DNA of 63,812 bases. Source: Octopus bimaculoides (lineage: Eukaryota). The stretch lies in NCBI RefSeq assembly GCF_001194135.2, contig NC_068983.1:55502423-55566234 (forward strand), written 5' to 3'. A model generated the notes under the pieces. That model saw only the letters and a list, made by a program, of their open reading frames with translations, was not told the DNA's origin and did no database searches. The position numbers and the translations under genes are program-made. This document shows positions 12,348-26,449 of this stretch, piece after piece. Numbering within the stretch: position 1 is the first letter of the stretch; each line of letters starts with the position of its first letter.

Positions 12348-13420
12348 CTGCGAAAATGTATTTGTATTTTCATACATATAAATATATAGGATAAAACTGA
12401 CTGTTCCTTTATATTTAAAAAGTTGAATTTGTTTTTTATTACGTAAAGAAAAATCATATGCATATAAAAATTTGACGCATTTCAAACTTTTCTCGGGATA
12501 TTATATANNNNNNNNNNNNNNNNNNNNNNNNNNNNNNNNNNNNNNNNNNNNNNNNNNNNNNNNNNNNNNNNNNNNNNNNNNNNNNNNNNNNNNNNNNNNN
12601 NNNNNNNNTATATATATGATTTTTATTTAAATCTTTATCTAATTTTATTATCTTTGTTGGTGTCATCATAAGGATATATGTCCTTAACTAGAGTAGTCGA
12701 TAATCGCCATGATGTACTAATGGAGCAGCTATCCTCCCGTCGGGTTGATCTCGATTTAAGGTTTATGCTCTCGACATACCTCGATCACATTACATGGAAT
12801 GCATCTTTCTGTCAGGAAATGCAGCACTTACTTATCCGTGTAAAGTCTGACTACGTCTCCAGCAATGGAGATGGTGGCCACACTCTTTCCGTGAATAAAT
12901 ATTAAATTTAAATGTGTGAACTTTGATTCCATCCCACTTTTTTGTACATGCACAAATTGCAATATTTTCTCCTTTTCTCTTCTAACACAGATGATGAACC
13001 CATACAACACATTCCAATCAGCATCCAAATCTACGTACCGCATCCTACCAGCGCATTTATATTTTCCTACATTGCTATCAACTTCTGCTTACGTGTTACA
13101 CAGCTACTAACATTTATACTTTAGATAGAAGCTATAACTATTGACAGAATCCAGGCAAACAGACTAGAATTTTTCTCGAATCCCTGGAGCTGTGTCATCT
13201 AACGATATCTAGACAACCTTAGGATTATAAATTATACCTAATGTCAACTGTGGCCATCCAGGGAACTAGACTAATGCGTTACGGAAATTCATGTGGTCCA
13301 TCATAATTATGACTGGTTTTAAACATACCGAATCAACAATTGCAAGACAACCGGTGCACGCGCGCGCGTGTGTGTATGTATGTATGCATGCATGCTTATA
13401 TTTACATCCATATTTCTATG

Positions 13421-13458
<38 letters not shown>

Positions 13459-15650
13459 GCTACCTATGTTTTATATATATACATATATATATATATANNN
13501 NNNNNNNNNNNNNNNNNNNNNNNNNNNNNNNNNNNNNNNNNNNNNNNNNNNNNNNNNNNNNNNNNNNNNNNNNNNNNNNNNNNNNNNNNNNNNNNNNNNN
13601 NNNNNNNNNNNNNNNNNNNNNNNNNNNNNNNNNNNNNNNNNNNNNNNNNNNNNNNNNNNNNNNNNNNNNNNNNNNNNNNNNNNNNNNNNNNNNNNNNNNN
13701 NNNNNNNNNNNNNNNNNNNNNNNNNNNNNNNNNNNNNNNNNNNNNNNNNNNNNNNNNNNNNNNNNNNNNNNNNNNNNNNNNNNNNNNNNNNNNNNNNNNN
13801 NNNNNNNNNNNNNNNNNNNNNNNNNNNNNNNNNNNNNNNNNNNNNNNNNNNNNNNNNNNNNNNNNNNNNNNNNNNNNNNNNNNNNNNNNNNNNNNNNNNN
13901 NNNNNNNNNNNNNNNNNNNNNNNNNNNNNNNNNNNNNNNNNNNNNNNNNNNNNNNNNNNNNNNNNNNNNNNNNNNNNNNNNNNNNNNNNNNNNNNNNNNN
14001 NNNNNNNNNNNNNNNNNNNNNNNNNNNNNNNNNNNNNNNNNNNNNNNNNNNNNNNNNNNNNNNNNNNNNNNNNNNNNNNNNNNNNNNNNNNNNNNNNNNN
14101 NNNNNNNNNNNNNNNNNNNNNNNNNNNNNNNNNNNNNNNNNNNNNNNNNNNNNNNNNNNNNNNNNNNNNNNNNNNNNNNNNNNNNNNNNNNNNNNNNNNN
14201 NNNNNNNNNNNNNNNNNNNNGTGTGTGTGTGTGTGTGTGTGTGCGGGCGTGTGGGCGGACGTGTGTGCGTGTAAGAGTGGGAGAGGTAAGTGAACGCTCA
14301 CCTGATTGGAGGTGGCGCAATATTTATACATTTCCTGATACCATTTACTGAAGAATACATAAACAAAAGGGTAAAAAGCACCTAAAAACGAAAAAAAAAA
14401 AAAGAGCGTCACATCCTCTCTTTGTCTGCTGTTACTTCAACCAACACGTTTATAAGTTTATATCTCTGCCTGGTCAGTAATATATTATTGAATATTACTG
14501 AACAGTTGACATACTTACAAAGCAAACAAGGAATTTATTGTATCGCTAATTCAATATCGTAGCAGACATCTATCACACACACTTTGTCCGTTAGGAATCA
14601 GTGCAGCTAGCGAATCGGGTCTAATTCGATTAACTCTCTAGGGATACATAGAATTATTTCACTTATATATTATAAGCGGTTGGAAGAGGAAAATAATCCG
14701 TTTCATAATATTAATGTTTCATAATATCACCTTTAAGAATTATATTTTGCTGTGCAGGCAATAATATTGTAAAATAATTATTATACATACACAAAATGGA
14801 GGGGGGAAATGTTTGATCGTTCGATCGATAAACGTTAATCTTTCGACATCATATAACTAATATGGTTTTTGTATGTTTTTCTGTGTTTTTTTTTTTGTTT
14901 ACGTTCGAACAACTTTCAAAGATGCACATATTCAACCATATATAAGTACACACACTCAGTCATTCACTCACACACACACACACACACANNNNNNNNNNNN
15001 NNNNNNNNNNNNNNNNNNNNNNNNNNNNNNNNNNNNNNNNNNNNNNNNNNNNNNNNNNNNNNNNNNNNNNNNNNNNNNNNNNNNNNNNNNNNNNNNNNNN
15101 NNNNNNNNNNNNNNNNNNNNNNNNNNNNNNNNNNNNNNNNNNNNNNNNNNNNNNNNNNNNNNNNNNNNNNNNNNNNNNNNNNNNNNNNNNNNNNNNNNNN
15201 NNNNNNNNNNNNNNNNNNNNNNNNNNNNNNNNNNNNNNNNNNNNNNNNNNNNNNNNNNNNNNNNNNNNNNNNNNNNNNNNNNNNNNNNNNNNNNNNNNNN
15301 NNNNNNNNNNNNNNNNNNNNNNNNNNNNNNNNNNNNNNNNNNNNNNNNNNNNNNNNNNNNNNNNNNNNNNNNNNNNNNNNNNNNNNNNNNNNNNNNNNNN
15401 NNNNNNNNNNNNNNNNNNNNNNNNNNNNNNNNNNNNNNNNNNNNNNNNNNNNNNNNNNNNNNNNNNNNNNNNNNNNNNNNNNNNNNNNNNNNNNNNNNNN
15501 NNNNNNNNNNNNNNNNNNNNNNNNNNNNNNNNNNNNNNNNNNNNNNNNNNNNNNNNNNNNNNNNNNNNNNNNNNNNNNNNNNNNNNNNNNNNNNNNNNNN
15601 NNNNNNNNNNNNNNNNNNNNNNNNNNNNNNNNNNNNNNNNNNNNNNNNNN

Positions 15651-15695
<45 letters not shown>

Positions 15696-16704
15696 ATCTA
15701 AATGTAATGGTGTTCTGGGAATTAAAATGTTGGGAACCAATGCAGTTAGTTAAATATCCTTCTAAATTATTCCTTCTCACTCAAATAGGTTCAGAACCTT
15801 GTATCCATATATACCAAAAGCAAAGCACTTCCAGTTTGTTTAAATCAACATCTGATCCTTACAATGACCTAATCAGTTATGTTCTGAAACAATTTCTAAT
15901 CCACCAATATCTTGAAAAAATTCGCCTCAAAACTAGCCCTTATGCTTATAACACACTTCTCTTTTTCTCTGCATTTCTGTCTCTTCTTTTCTCTTTTTCT
16001 CTCGTTCTCTCTCACCATGGATATATCCCTGTCTTAGGAAAAACGTCTCAGTGAGTTTCATTTCCTATACGGGCAACCCGTCTAACATCTCATTGTGTTG
16101 CTCTATTGCACTCAGAGATGATGGAAACATCCATCACAGCAATAACAATTTTAGCAACAATCTTCCTTATCATCATCAATCCTTATCTCCCCTTAATGAC
16201 TGCCTCAACAGCTTTCGTGAAGTCAGATTTGAAACCTAATTTCCTGTTTTAATCTCAAGTTTTTCTCGCAATCTGTGTCGTTGCATCGAACGTCAATAAA
16301 ATAATTCACCCTGTCTAGCACGCGATCCATCCGTCCATAGACTTCATCTATCTCCCTTCTCTTGATTCTGTGTCATCCCATATGATCGTATTATGGCAGA
16401 CACGTAAAAACAAAAATTTCCGAATCACCAAAGAAGTTGCTACACGGCCACTTGACGTTTAAAAAACAGCAGCAATTTTCACATTACTGTTTGAAATAAA
16501 GGAAGGATACAGTAGTTAATATAGCACTTGCTATACAAAATGGCCGGCTGGACATGTCAATGATCACAGGTCTGCTTGAGAGAGTTAATTTACAGTTATA
16601 AAAACAACAGTAGCAGCAGTAAAAGAGAACATACTACAAAATAATATACTTTTAATGTTGAAAGTCTAAGATCATATTGATGTCTGACACATCTACTTTA
16701 TATA

Positions 16705-16743
<39 letters not shown>

Positions 16744-16799
16744 TGTTCAGCTTTTTGCAGAACGACCAGCACAAATGACTTGTTTCTAGTGATAAAATG

Positions 16800-17006
16800 T
16801 ATGTGCCATATATTAACTCCTTCTCTTCATCTCCATCAAATCTACGTTGCCTGAACAGGTGCAAAGTTGACCACGCGTCAGATGTCCAAGCGATCGCACA
16901 GAGCAACGAGAGATGAAGTGTTTTGCTCAAGAAAACAACGAACCACTAGAAAATGAAACCACGATCTTGCGTATAACACCTTAATCATTAAGCCATGCAC
17001 CCTCAC
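16800..17006 (-). mobile_element. SINE family C (diverged)
   Basis: Reverse complement aligns with 58993-59290 (gtgcatggcttaat...ttcttgagca..acttcat..cgttgctctg..gcacctgt). Confidence 0.75.
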
Positions 17007-17040
17007 ATACCATATACAGTTTACAATATGTTGTTAGCGT

Positions 17041-17150
17041 TAGCGAACTCTGGCTATCGCTCTGGCGTACAGGTACTCGCTACTGAGGAGGAGCCAAATA
17101 GCTCGAAACTGAGTGAGTCTCGCTAGAGGGTGGTAGAGGTTCGCTCCTCC
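17041..17150 (+). ncRNA. Hammerhead-like core in probable Penelope-like terminal repeat
   Basis: CTGAGGA-G-GAGC caaata GCTC-GAAAC-tgagtga-GTC at 17083-17119; helix I not convincing. Confidence 0.4.
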
Positions 17151-17340
17151 TGCTAACAATATATTGTATATAAAAGGGCACAGAGTCGCACCGATAACCA
17201 GCTGGCAGAGAATCGACCTGGGGTTAAAATATATGAGGCGACTGGCTTTACTCTTTAGTATAGATACTGCTCTGGTCTCTTCGTGACATTTTACAATTAG
17301 CTATTTTGCTTACATACATACATATATAAAGGTTTCAAAT

Positions 17341-17535
17341 TTTGGCACAAGGCCAGCAATGGTGGGTAAGTCGATTACATCGACCCCAGTTCTCAACTGG
17401 TACTTATTTCATGAACCCCGAAAGGGATGAACGAAAAGGTCGACTTCAGCGGAACTTGAATTCAGACCGTAAAGACGGGCGAAATTCTGTTAAGCATTTT
17501 GTTCGTCATACTGACGATTCGGCCAGCTCTCCGCC
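17341..17535 (-). mobile_element. SINE family B (diverged)
   Basis: Reverse complement of the family B head and body. Confidence 0.8.
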
Positions 17536-18026
17536 GTCTCACCTTCCTGTTAATCTTCTTTTTCTTCATTATCATATAGCTTTTTAATTGTCTCATAAGC
17601 ATGCCAGCTTTGTATCTTAAGCGTGTAATATGAGAATGTATTAAGATATAGCATCTCTACGTTTGGTCACAACATGACGAAATAACAAACTTACATATGA
17701 TATCAGAAGACAAATTTACTTACATTATATCATACGACAAACTTTTTTTTATATTATATCGGAAGACAAATTTATATATCAGAAGACAAACTTACTTTTC
17801 AAAAGGTATAAAAATTTATGTATATCTGAATTATGGAAGTATTCGAAAAGTTAATCAGTATTTAAGAATTGATAAATATTAAATGATTATAATTGAAATA
17901 AATAAGGAGAATATAGGTTAAATGATTATAAATGATTGTTTTTTCTTTTGGCTTATTAAAAATGTACCACAAAAGAAATAGATGAGTCATTATCTAGCTA
18001 GCTAGCTAGCTAGCCAGCTGGCTGCG

Positions 18027-18100
<74 letters not shown>

Positions 18101-18111
18101 CACACATATAC

Positions 18112-18458
18112 CTTTTAGTTGTGGGCTGCGGTCGTGCTGGGGTGCCGCCTCAAAGACACATTTTTTAGTCGAACGAATCAACCCATTTTTAAACAAGGTA
18201 CTTGTTCTATCTGTCACTTATGGCGAACCGTTAAGTTATCGAGACGCAAACAAATCAATACCAGTTAAACACACGCATATAGATATAGATAGATAGAAGC
18301 GACAGGCTTCTTCCAGTTTCTGTCCACCAAATCACAAGGCTTTCGTCGGCCCAAGGCTATAGTAGAAGACACATGCACAAGATCCCACGCAGTGGGTCTG
18401 AACCCAGAATCATGTCGTTGGGAAGCAAGCTGCATACCACACAACCACGCTTACGCCT
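18112..18458 (-). mobile_element. SINE family A, near full length
   Basis: Reverse-complement match including the gtgggtctgaaccc B box. Confidence 0.85.
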
Positions 18459-19039
18459 ATACATTATGAGTGAGTGGACAAACGAAGAAGTGACTCATAG
18501 TAGATTTCGTATACGCAGTATATGATAACAATTTGACTCATCTCAGTGTGACTTAAAATTTTGTGGACTCGTAGGACGAACCTATCGCATCAGGCATAAA
18601 GAAAAGAATAACCTTGAATTCTTTTTTAGTAGCGCGGTCTGCCTGATGATGATCCATAGCTCATGTGAGCCGCTTCTTGATAAAGATTGCACCATGCTGC
18701 AAATAGTAACATTACGCTGTTACAAAAAACTCAGGTTTGCTTTCGCTGGAGTAAATATTCGGCTGCTTATGAATCTGTAGGATTCCAGAAAGGAAAAAAA
18801 GAGGCAAGAAAGCCAGTTAAGTCGGTTGCCACAGATGTTCGTTTAGACCTTTATGCAAATTAGAAGAGCGGGTTGAACTAGTGCTGAATCTTGCTTGTGC
18901 GGCAACTTATCCTCCTTGTGCTCAGTGAGTTGAGAAATACTGCTGCGATAATTAAGAAGAGAGAAAAAAACTAAATGAAGAATCTAAATGATGATGATGA
19001 TGCTACGGAAATAGTCAATTTAACAGCGAAATTGAGTCA

Positions 19040-19049
19040 GAAGTAAAAT

Positions 19050-19088
<39 letters not shown>

Positions 19089-19326
19089 GTGGTCGTCGTC
19101 TTTTTCTTACTCTCTTTTTTTCTTCATTATCGTCTTTCTTCTCCCCTTTTTTCTCCTCCTTCTTCCACCCCTCATTCTTTTTTGTCCTCGCCTTAATTTT
19201 TCCTCCTCCTCCTCCTCCTCCCCCGTCCTCCTTTTCTTTGTTTCCCTTCTTCTTCCACCTCCTCTTCCTGCTATTCCTACTCCTTCTTCACCTTCTTTTT
19301 CTTAATCATTATCATCATCATCATCA

Positions 19327-19378
<52 letters not shown>

Positions 19379-19496
19379 CATTATTATTATTTCTTTTCTG
19401 TGTTTCATGTTTTTTTGTTACTTTAAAAGTAATTATGGCTATTATTTTTATTAATATTTGTATATTTGTATTAAAAGATTATTATTATTATTATTA

Positions 19497-19536
<40 letters not shown>

Positions 19537-19734
19537 CACCATTGTGAACATCAGCAGCGGTAGCACATCATCGTCATCATATGTCATCATCATCATCATC
19601 ACCACCACCACCACCACCACCACTACAACCACCACCACCACCACCATCATCATCTTCGTAATCATCACCGACTATTATCAGCAACTTTATCCTCATCTTT
19701 TTTACCGTGCATGAACAACAAAAAAAGACACACA

Positions 19735-19787
<53 letters not shown>

Positions 19788-19790
19788 GTA
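19040..19790. repeat. Compound trinucleotide microsatellites (ATC, CCT, ATT, ACC, AAT)
   Basis: Direct reading. Confidence 0.95.
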
Positions 19791-19910
19791 AGCAACAATA
19801 AGCTAGGAGAACATCTGACAGCATGCCGGGAGGTTTTAGGAGTGTTGATAAAATGAGTTTCCTTGAATAAGATACTTGATCGATCTGTAATTGATCGGAG
19901 AGAAAACAGC
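19733..19910 (-). mobile_element. Probable RLE non-LTR retrotransposon 3' end with (TAT)n tail
   Basis: Minus frame QLQIDQVSYSRKLILSTLLKPPGMLSDVLLAY loosely resembles the Q-K-x-x-LL-x-T-x-x-IL-x-x-VL C-terminus; runs into the TAT tract. Confidence 0.4.
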
Positions 19911-20389
19911 NNNNNNNNNNNNNNNNNNNNNNNNNNNNNNNNNNNNNNNNNNNNNNNNNNNNNNNNNNNNNNNNNNNNNNNNNNNNNNNNNNNNNNNNNN
20001 NNNNNNNNNNNNNNNNNNNNNNNNNNNNNNNNNNNNNNNNNNNNNNNNNNNNNNNNNNNNNNNNNNNNNNNNNNNNNNNNNNNNNNNNNNNNNNNNNNNN
20101 NNNNNNNNNNNNNNNNNNNNNNNNNNNNNNNNNNNNNNNNNNNNNNNNNNNNNNNNNNNNNNNNNNNNNNNNNNNNNNNNNNNNNNNNNNNNNNNNNNNN
20201 NNNNNNNNNNNNNNNNNNNNNNNNNNNNNNNNNNNNNNNNNNNNNNNNNNNNNNNNNNNNNNNNNNNNNNNNNNNNNNNNNNNNNNNNTACACGTACATT
20301 CACACACACACACATGTATATATACAGGCATATGTGTGTATGTATGTGCGTATAGGTATGTATAACCAGAAACACGCACATATAAATGG

Positions 20390-20522
20390 ATAGATAGATA
20401 GACAGATAAACAGACAGATAGAGAGATATATAGATACATACATACATACATACATACATGGATAGATAGACAGATAAATAGATAGATGGATAGACAGACA
20501 GATAGTCAGACAGACAGATAGT

Positions 20523-20607
<85 letters not shown>
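20390..20607. repeat. (GATA)n/(GACA)n microsatellite
   Basis: Direct reading. Confidence 0.95.
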
Positions 20608-21246
20608 GAAAACATTAATATATTCTATAGATAATCTTTTCAAATCCAATACCCATTTCTTCTACTGTACAATAAACACGGTTGTTTAAAATATTCACTG
20701 AGTAATCTTCTCCTTTAAATGGTCTATTTTAAAAACATTTTCTCCAAATACACAAATACATTATTTACCTCCAAACATTATATAACAGCTGTCGCTATTT
20801 TTTTTCACAGTTTTCTATATACAAATAGCGAACGACTCTGCGGACTGATTACGTGTTCTTTACTTTTATCTGTTATGATTCTAAACCGCCATTCTTCCAG
20901 TCGAACTAATGAAGAATTACACTACACAATATGTTAACTCATTTTCTTCAATATTTTTTTTTTCAAGGTAGCATTAAGCGAATTAGATACGATTAGAAAA
21001 TTATATCATTCGAGAAAAGGAAACTTCTTTTGCACCTCAGAATCAGAGAAAGCTGCCCCACTTTTTTTTCTAAGTAAGGTAGATGAAGAGTTCCTATATA
21101 AGAAATGGCGACGCCAATCAGTAAAAAATGCGTAACTCCAGTAATATGCATAGAATCTTCAGTTAATTGAATAAAATCTGTCCGTTCCATTGTTGAGCTC
21201 TCTACTCTCATGCAGATAATTAAGACGCATGTAATGTAGTGAGCAG

Positions 21247-21415
21247 GATCATTGGTTAATGTGTCGAACAAGATACATAAAAGCATTTCTTCCGGCTCTT
21301 TACGCTCTGAGTTCAAATCATATCGAGGTCGCCTTTTCTTTCTATTCCTTCGAGGATTAATAAAACCAAGTACCAATCAAGTACTGGGGCTAATGTAACC
21401 GACTTGTCTTCCATC
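21247..21415 (+). mobile_element. SINE family B (diverged)
   Basis: ctttacgctctgagttcaaatc...gaggtcg...aagtacca..gtactgggg. Confidence 0.7.
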
Positions 21416-21544
21416 CCTTGCAACGGATCAGCATCTTGTTCAGGGGATAATTAGCTTTATAAGACCTATGGCTCAAGAATTATAAAAAACAAATATGTTT
21501 CTTGATTACTCACCAAACCCTGGGTTTACCATATATAAATTCTT

Positions 21545-21598
21545 TTATTCTTTTAATTGTTTCAGTCATGTGACTGCGGCCATGCTGGAGCACCGCCT
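21545..21598 (-). mobile_element. SINE family A tail cut by gap
   Basis: ttgtttcagtcatgtgactgcggccatgctggagcaccgcct. Confidence 0.85.
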
Positions 21599-21698
21599 NN
21601 NNNNNNNNNNNNNNNNNNNNNNNNNNNNNNNNNNNNNNNNNNNNNNNNNNNNNNNNNNNNNNNNNNNNNNNNNNNNNNNNNNNNNNNNNNNNNNNNNN

Positions 21699-21739
<41 letters not shown>

Positions 21740-22084
21740 TGCCTTAAAACACGATTTATCTCCCTCCGAAATCATCAGATCTCAAATTGCCTTAAATTAT
21801 CGATAATTTTTAATAACTTTCAGTTTTGTTCATCGTTAATTAATTTCATGATTTATCCGATTAGATATTATTTAAATAAAAAATAAAATCAATCATCATT
21901 CATAAATTTTTTAATTTATAATTCGAATGGCAATAAATGTTTACATATCCAGTAATACCTTACCATATCATGGTTCACCTATTGTGGTTTATTATTTAAG
22001 CTTATGTTAATTCCTCCGTGGTGTTGTTTTGCATTTGTAATAAAATAAATATATACAAATTATAAAAACAATAAAAAAAATATA

Positions 22085-22171
22085 CAGTACAGTACTGTTT
22101 CTACTTCGCGGATTTCACGTATCGCGAGGGACGGGTTTGGAACGTAACACATGATAGTCGAAGGGTTACTG
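22085..22171. mobile_element. Possible degenerate Tigger/pogo-type MITE
   Basis: TA|cagta...ttactg|TA ends and internal cgcggatttc..atcgcga; TIRs only partly matched. Confidence 0.35.
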
Positions 22172-22369
22172 TATTTTATTATTTCAAGTATCCCTTTCAT
22201 TATTACACGCATAAATGTTATCCCAATATATACAAGTAAATATATTATCAAGGAGAGCAGACATATTGCAGTTCGACTTGCTAGAAATAGCTGCCAAATC
22301 TTCCTTAAATCTCACCCTACCTCTGTTTGTCCCCTCTATGTTTAGCCCCTTGTGTGCAATAAAGAAATA

Positions 22370-22575
22370 AGAAACGTTAAGCACGCCGGACGAAATGCTT
22401 AGCGGTATTTCGTCTGTCTTTACGTTCTAAGTTCAAATTCCGCCTAGGTCGACTTTGCCTTTCGTCCTTTCGGGGTCAATAAATTAAGTATATGTTGTGT
22501 ACTGGAATCGATTTAATCGACTGGCCCCCTCCCCAAAACATTTTCTGGACTTGTGCCTAGAGTAGAAAAGAATAT
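22370..22575 (+). mobile_element. SINE family B
   Basis: High similarity to the 12155 copy. Confidence 0.92.
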
Positions 22576-22834
22576 TTCATTCACGCTGGGAATGTTTCGA
22601 AGCGAGAATAAGTCTTATGAACATTATTGTTTCCAGACTAAATATATATATAAAAATAATAATAATAATTACACATTATATAAAAGTCAGTTAGAAAGAA
22701 CCTTAAATTCCAGCTTCGATCTAAAGCGATTAAAAGAGAACGAAAAGTAAAGTTGGCCACGAAAGCTTTGGATTCAGAACATCGTAATTCTTTCTATAAT
22801 AGACACAAAACCTGAAATTTAGGAAGAAGGGGAA

Positions 22835-22903
22835 CGTAAAAACAGACGAAATGCTGCCAGGCATTTTGTCCCATGTGCTAATGTTTCAACCAGCTCACCA
22901 CCC
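22835..22903 (-). mobile_element. SINE family B head fragment
   Basis: aacgtaaaaacagacgaaatg...gtgctaatgtttc.accagctcacc. Confidence 0.65.
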
Positions 22904-23029
22904 TAACACAGAGCATAATAATAAGAGAACTTTCGTTTAACTCCTTCAACTACGAAACATAAACCTTCATAAAATAAAAGATGAATATTAATAAAAAAAA
23001 TAATAGACACAGCAATAAACAACAACAGC

Positions 23030-23145
<116 letters not shown>

Positions 23146-23150
23146 TAACT

Positions 23151-23626
23151 ATACCTTGTGAATTGCCAATACGCGCAGATAGAGAAATTAAGGATAATAG
23201 GCCGGATATAGTTGTCAGAGATCATCAAGAAAAATATTGTTTCTTATCCATGTATCAATACCAACAGATGACAATGTTTCTCTAAAAGAAATGGAGAAAC
23301 TTTCAAAATGCAAAGACCTGGAAATAGAGGTAAGTCGAATGTGGAGTCTGAAGAAAGAAACAATTCTTATCATAATAGGCGCATTAGGTATGATAAAAAA
23401 ATATTTAGATAAATACATAACAAAAACAATAGGACTTACAAGTATATATAACATACAGAAAGTAGCACTACTATGCATTGCACACATCCTACGTAAAACA
23501 CTTTCAATAGAGTAAAAATAAGAGCATCACAATAAACCACAGCACATACTCAAGGCACTCAGAGCTGCGCTCGGTAGTGCAGTGAAAGGATGTGATAAGA
23601 ATAAAACTAGTGAATAATAATAATAA
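23151..23626 (+). mobile_element. RLE-class (R4/Dong/NeSL-like) non-LTR retrotransposon, 5'-truncated 3' end
   Basis: ELPIRADREIKDNRPDIVVRDHQEKYCFL, frameshift, then VSIPTDDNVSLKEMEKLSKCKDLEIEVSRMW...IIIGALG...IQKVALLCIAHILRKTLSIE*; 3' UTR; (AAT)n tail. Confidence 0.9.
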
Positions 23627-23628
23627 GC

Positions 23629-24067
23629 AAAATCCTCTGGGATTTCCCAATCTAAACAGATCAGGGGCTAAAGCATAACAGACCGGACATAGTGGTGGTC
23701 GACACGTATAGTTGATGTTGCGTGCCCTTTTGACCCGTGAATATTCAAAAAGGAAGGCGACAAAAATAGATGAATACAACCCTCTTAAGTACGAAATAGC
23801 CCGACTATGGAAAACGAAGGTGAAGATAGTGCCAATTATTTTGGGGTCCTTGGAAACAGTATGAGAAGGTATCAAGAAGAATATAAAGGAAATTGGAATA
23901 GAGTGTCCAGCAGAACTGTTTCAAAAGGTTTGCCTCCTTGGCACGACCAGAATAATCAGGAAAGCATTAGACAGCTGAAAAGAACGGATAGCATGGTACC
24001 GTATGCTGCAGGTAGTAAGCCTGATCCGCATGCAAGACTCCAGGAGTTCCAAAAAATAACCTGCGAT

Positions 24068-24117
<50 letters not shown>
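23629..24117 (+). mobile_element. Second, different RLE-class retrotransposon 3' end
   Basis: KILWDFPI*TDQGLKHNRPDIVVVD...DVACPFD...KIDEYNPLKYEIARLWKTKVKIVPIILGSL...QKVCLLGTTRIIRKALDS*; (AAT)n tail. Confidence 0.88.
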
Positions 24118-24120
<3 letters not shown>

Positions 24121-24312
24121 CAACAACCACAACAACTGCAACATAAAAAAATGAAAGAAAATTTTGATTGCTTCCGGTAGATATCCGTGCTTTAATGCCT
24201 CTCTTGTTAATTACAAAAAAGCGGTATTTCCTTTAAAGAAACATGGAGAGGGAGGTACTTGTGCGTGTTGAGGGAGATGGGTTTATGTGTGTTTATGAGT
24301 GAGTTTGTGCAT

Positions 24313-24370
<58 letters not shown>

Positions 24371-25103
24371 NNNNNNNNNNNNNNNNNNNNNNNNNNNNNN
24401 NNNNNNNNNNNNNNNNNNNNNNNNNNNNNNNNNNNNNNNNNNNNNNNNNNNNNNNNNNNNNNNNNNNNNNNNNNNNNNNNNNNNNNNNNNNNNNNNNNNN
24501 NNNNNNNNNNNNNNNNNNNNNNNNNNNNNNNNNNNNNNNNNNNNNNNNNNNNNNNNNNNNNNNNNNNNNNNNNNNNNNNNNNNNNNNNNNNNNNNNNNNN
24601 NNNNNNNNNNNNNNNNNNNNNNNNNNNNNNNNNNNNNNNNNNNNNNNNNNNNNNNNNNNNNNNNNNNNNNNNNNNNNNNNNNNNNNNNNNNNNNNNNNNN
24701 NNNNNNNNNNNNNNNNNNNNNNNNNNNNNNNNNNNNNNNNNNNNNNNNNNNNNNNNNNNNNNNNNNNNNNNNNNNNNNNNNNNNNNNNNNNNNNNNNNNN
24801 NNNNNNNNNNNNNNNNNNNNNNNNNNNNNNNNNNNNNNNNNNNNNNNNNNNNNNNNNNNNNNNNNNNNNNNNNNNNNNNNNNNNNNNNNNNNNNNNNNNN
24901 NNNNNNNNNNNNNNNNNNNNNNNNNNNNNNNNNNNNNNNNNNNNNNNNNNNNNNNNNNNNNNNNNNNNNNNNNNNNNNNNNNNNNNNNNNNNNNNNNNNN
25001 NNNNNNNNNNNNNNNNNNNNNNNNNNNNNNNNNNNNNNNNNNNNNNNNNNNNNNNNNNNNNNNNNNNNNNNNNNNNNNNNNNNNNNNNNNNNNNNNNNNN
25101 NNN

Positions 25104-25192
25104 ACAATAATAATAATAATAATATTAATAATAATAATAAGAAGAAGAAGAAGAATAATAATAACAACAACAATAATAATAATAATAATAAC

Positions 25193-25240
<48 letters not shown>
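25104..25240. repeat. (AAT)n/(AAG)n/(AAC)n microsatellite
   Basis: Direct reading. Confidence 0.95.
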
Positions 25241-25559
25241 GGTATTTAAATACGCTGGAGCAATTGCTTTTTAATGGTAGTTGATTTTTAAACAACATTA
25301 TCCCTCACCACAAACATTATCACCATTATACCCATTGTTATCATCATCATCATCATTATTATCATAATTATGATTATCGTAGTCGTTACGATTGTCGTTG
25401 TCTTTGTCGCTCCTGTTGTCGCTGTCGCCATCTTTGTTGTACGTCGTCGTCGTCGTCGTCGTCGCCATTAAATTGTTGAACGTTGTGATCGCATAATTAT
25501 TTATGATTGCTAATAATTGTCGTCATTATTGCTACTGTCGTCGCTATCACCGCTGTTAT

Positions 25560-25874
25560 CACTGTCATCGTCGTCGTCATCGTCGTCGTCCTCCTCCTCC
25601 TCCTCCTCCTCCTCATCATCATCATCATCACCACTATTATTTTCATCAATGCCCCATTACTACCAGCAATAACACCTTCATCATGATCATCATCATCACC
25701 ATCATCATTACTATCATCATCATCATTATCACTATTATCATCTCCATCATCATCATCATCACTATCATCATCTCCATCATCATCATCATCTCCATTATCA
25801 TCAGTATCACCATCATCATCACCGTCATCATCATCATCATCACTATCATCATCTCCATCATCATCAGTATCACC

Positions 25875-25906
<32 letters not shown>

Positions 25907-25981
25907 CACCATCATCATCATCACTATCATCATCTCCATCATCTTCATCATCTCCATCATCATCATCATCACTATCATCAT

Positions 25982-26022
<41 letters not shown>

Positions 26023-26053
26023 CCATCATCATCTCCATCATCATCAGTATCAC

Positions 26054-26088
<35 letters not shown>

Positions 26089-26158
26089 CTATCATCATTT
26101 CCATCATAATCATCATCAGTGTCACCATCATCATCTCCATCATCATCATTATCATCAC

Positions 26159-26208
<50 letters not shown>

Positions 26209-26235
26209 GCGTCTTCATCATTAGCGTCTTCATCA
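25560..26235. repeat. (CAT)n-derived minisatellite with recurring catcactatcatcatctc and cagtatcac variants
   Basis: Higher-order variant pattern; generates poly-Asp/Ile/Met ORFs. Confidence 0.9.
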
Positions 26236-26449
26236 CTTGCCAACCTTCATCACCAGTACCATAGCGCTGCTGTCGTCATGCTGTCATCTTTCAAAGCACC
26301 TCAACTGATTCTCAACATGCCTAAAGGGCGCCCCACATATTTAAAGTACGGGTAGCATATTTGGCACATAAAGACCTGCTGTTTAGCTGCTGCTGCCGCT
26401 ACACGGAAACGTTCCAGATCACATGACAACCAGCTAATAATTGCATTGT

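Noticed and set aside
12830-13125. Strong-looking splice signals (donor at about 12830 minus, acceptor at about 12990 plus)
   Set aside because: No recognisable peptide and no consistent partner site.
16115-16250. Hydrophobic short ORF MMETSITAITILATIFLIII...
   Set aside because: Composition resembles degenerate ATC/AAC low-complexity sequence; no supporting gene structure.
25497-26243. 248-aa Asp-rich minus ORF resembling acidic shell-matrix proteins
   Set aside because: No in-frame ATG (TTG start after a stop), no signal peptide and no good acceptor. The GAT frame of an (ATC)n repeat stays open by default.
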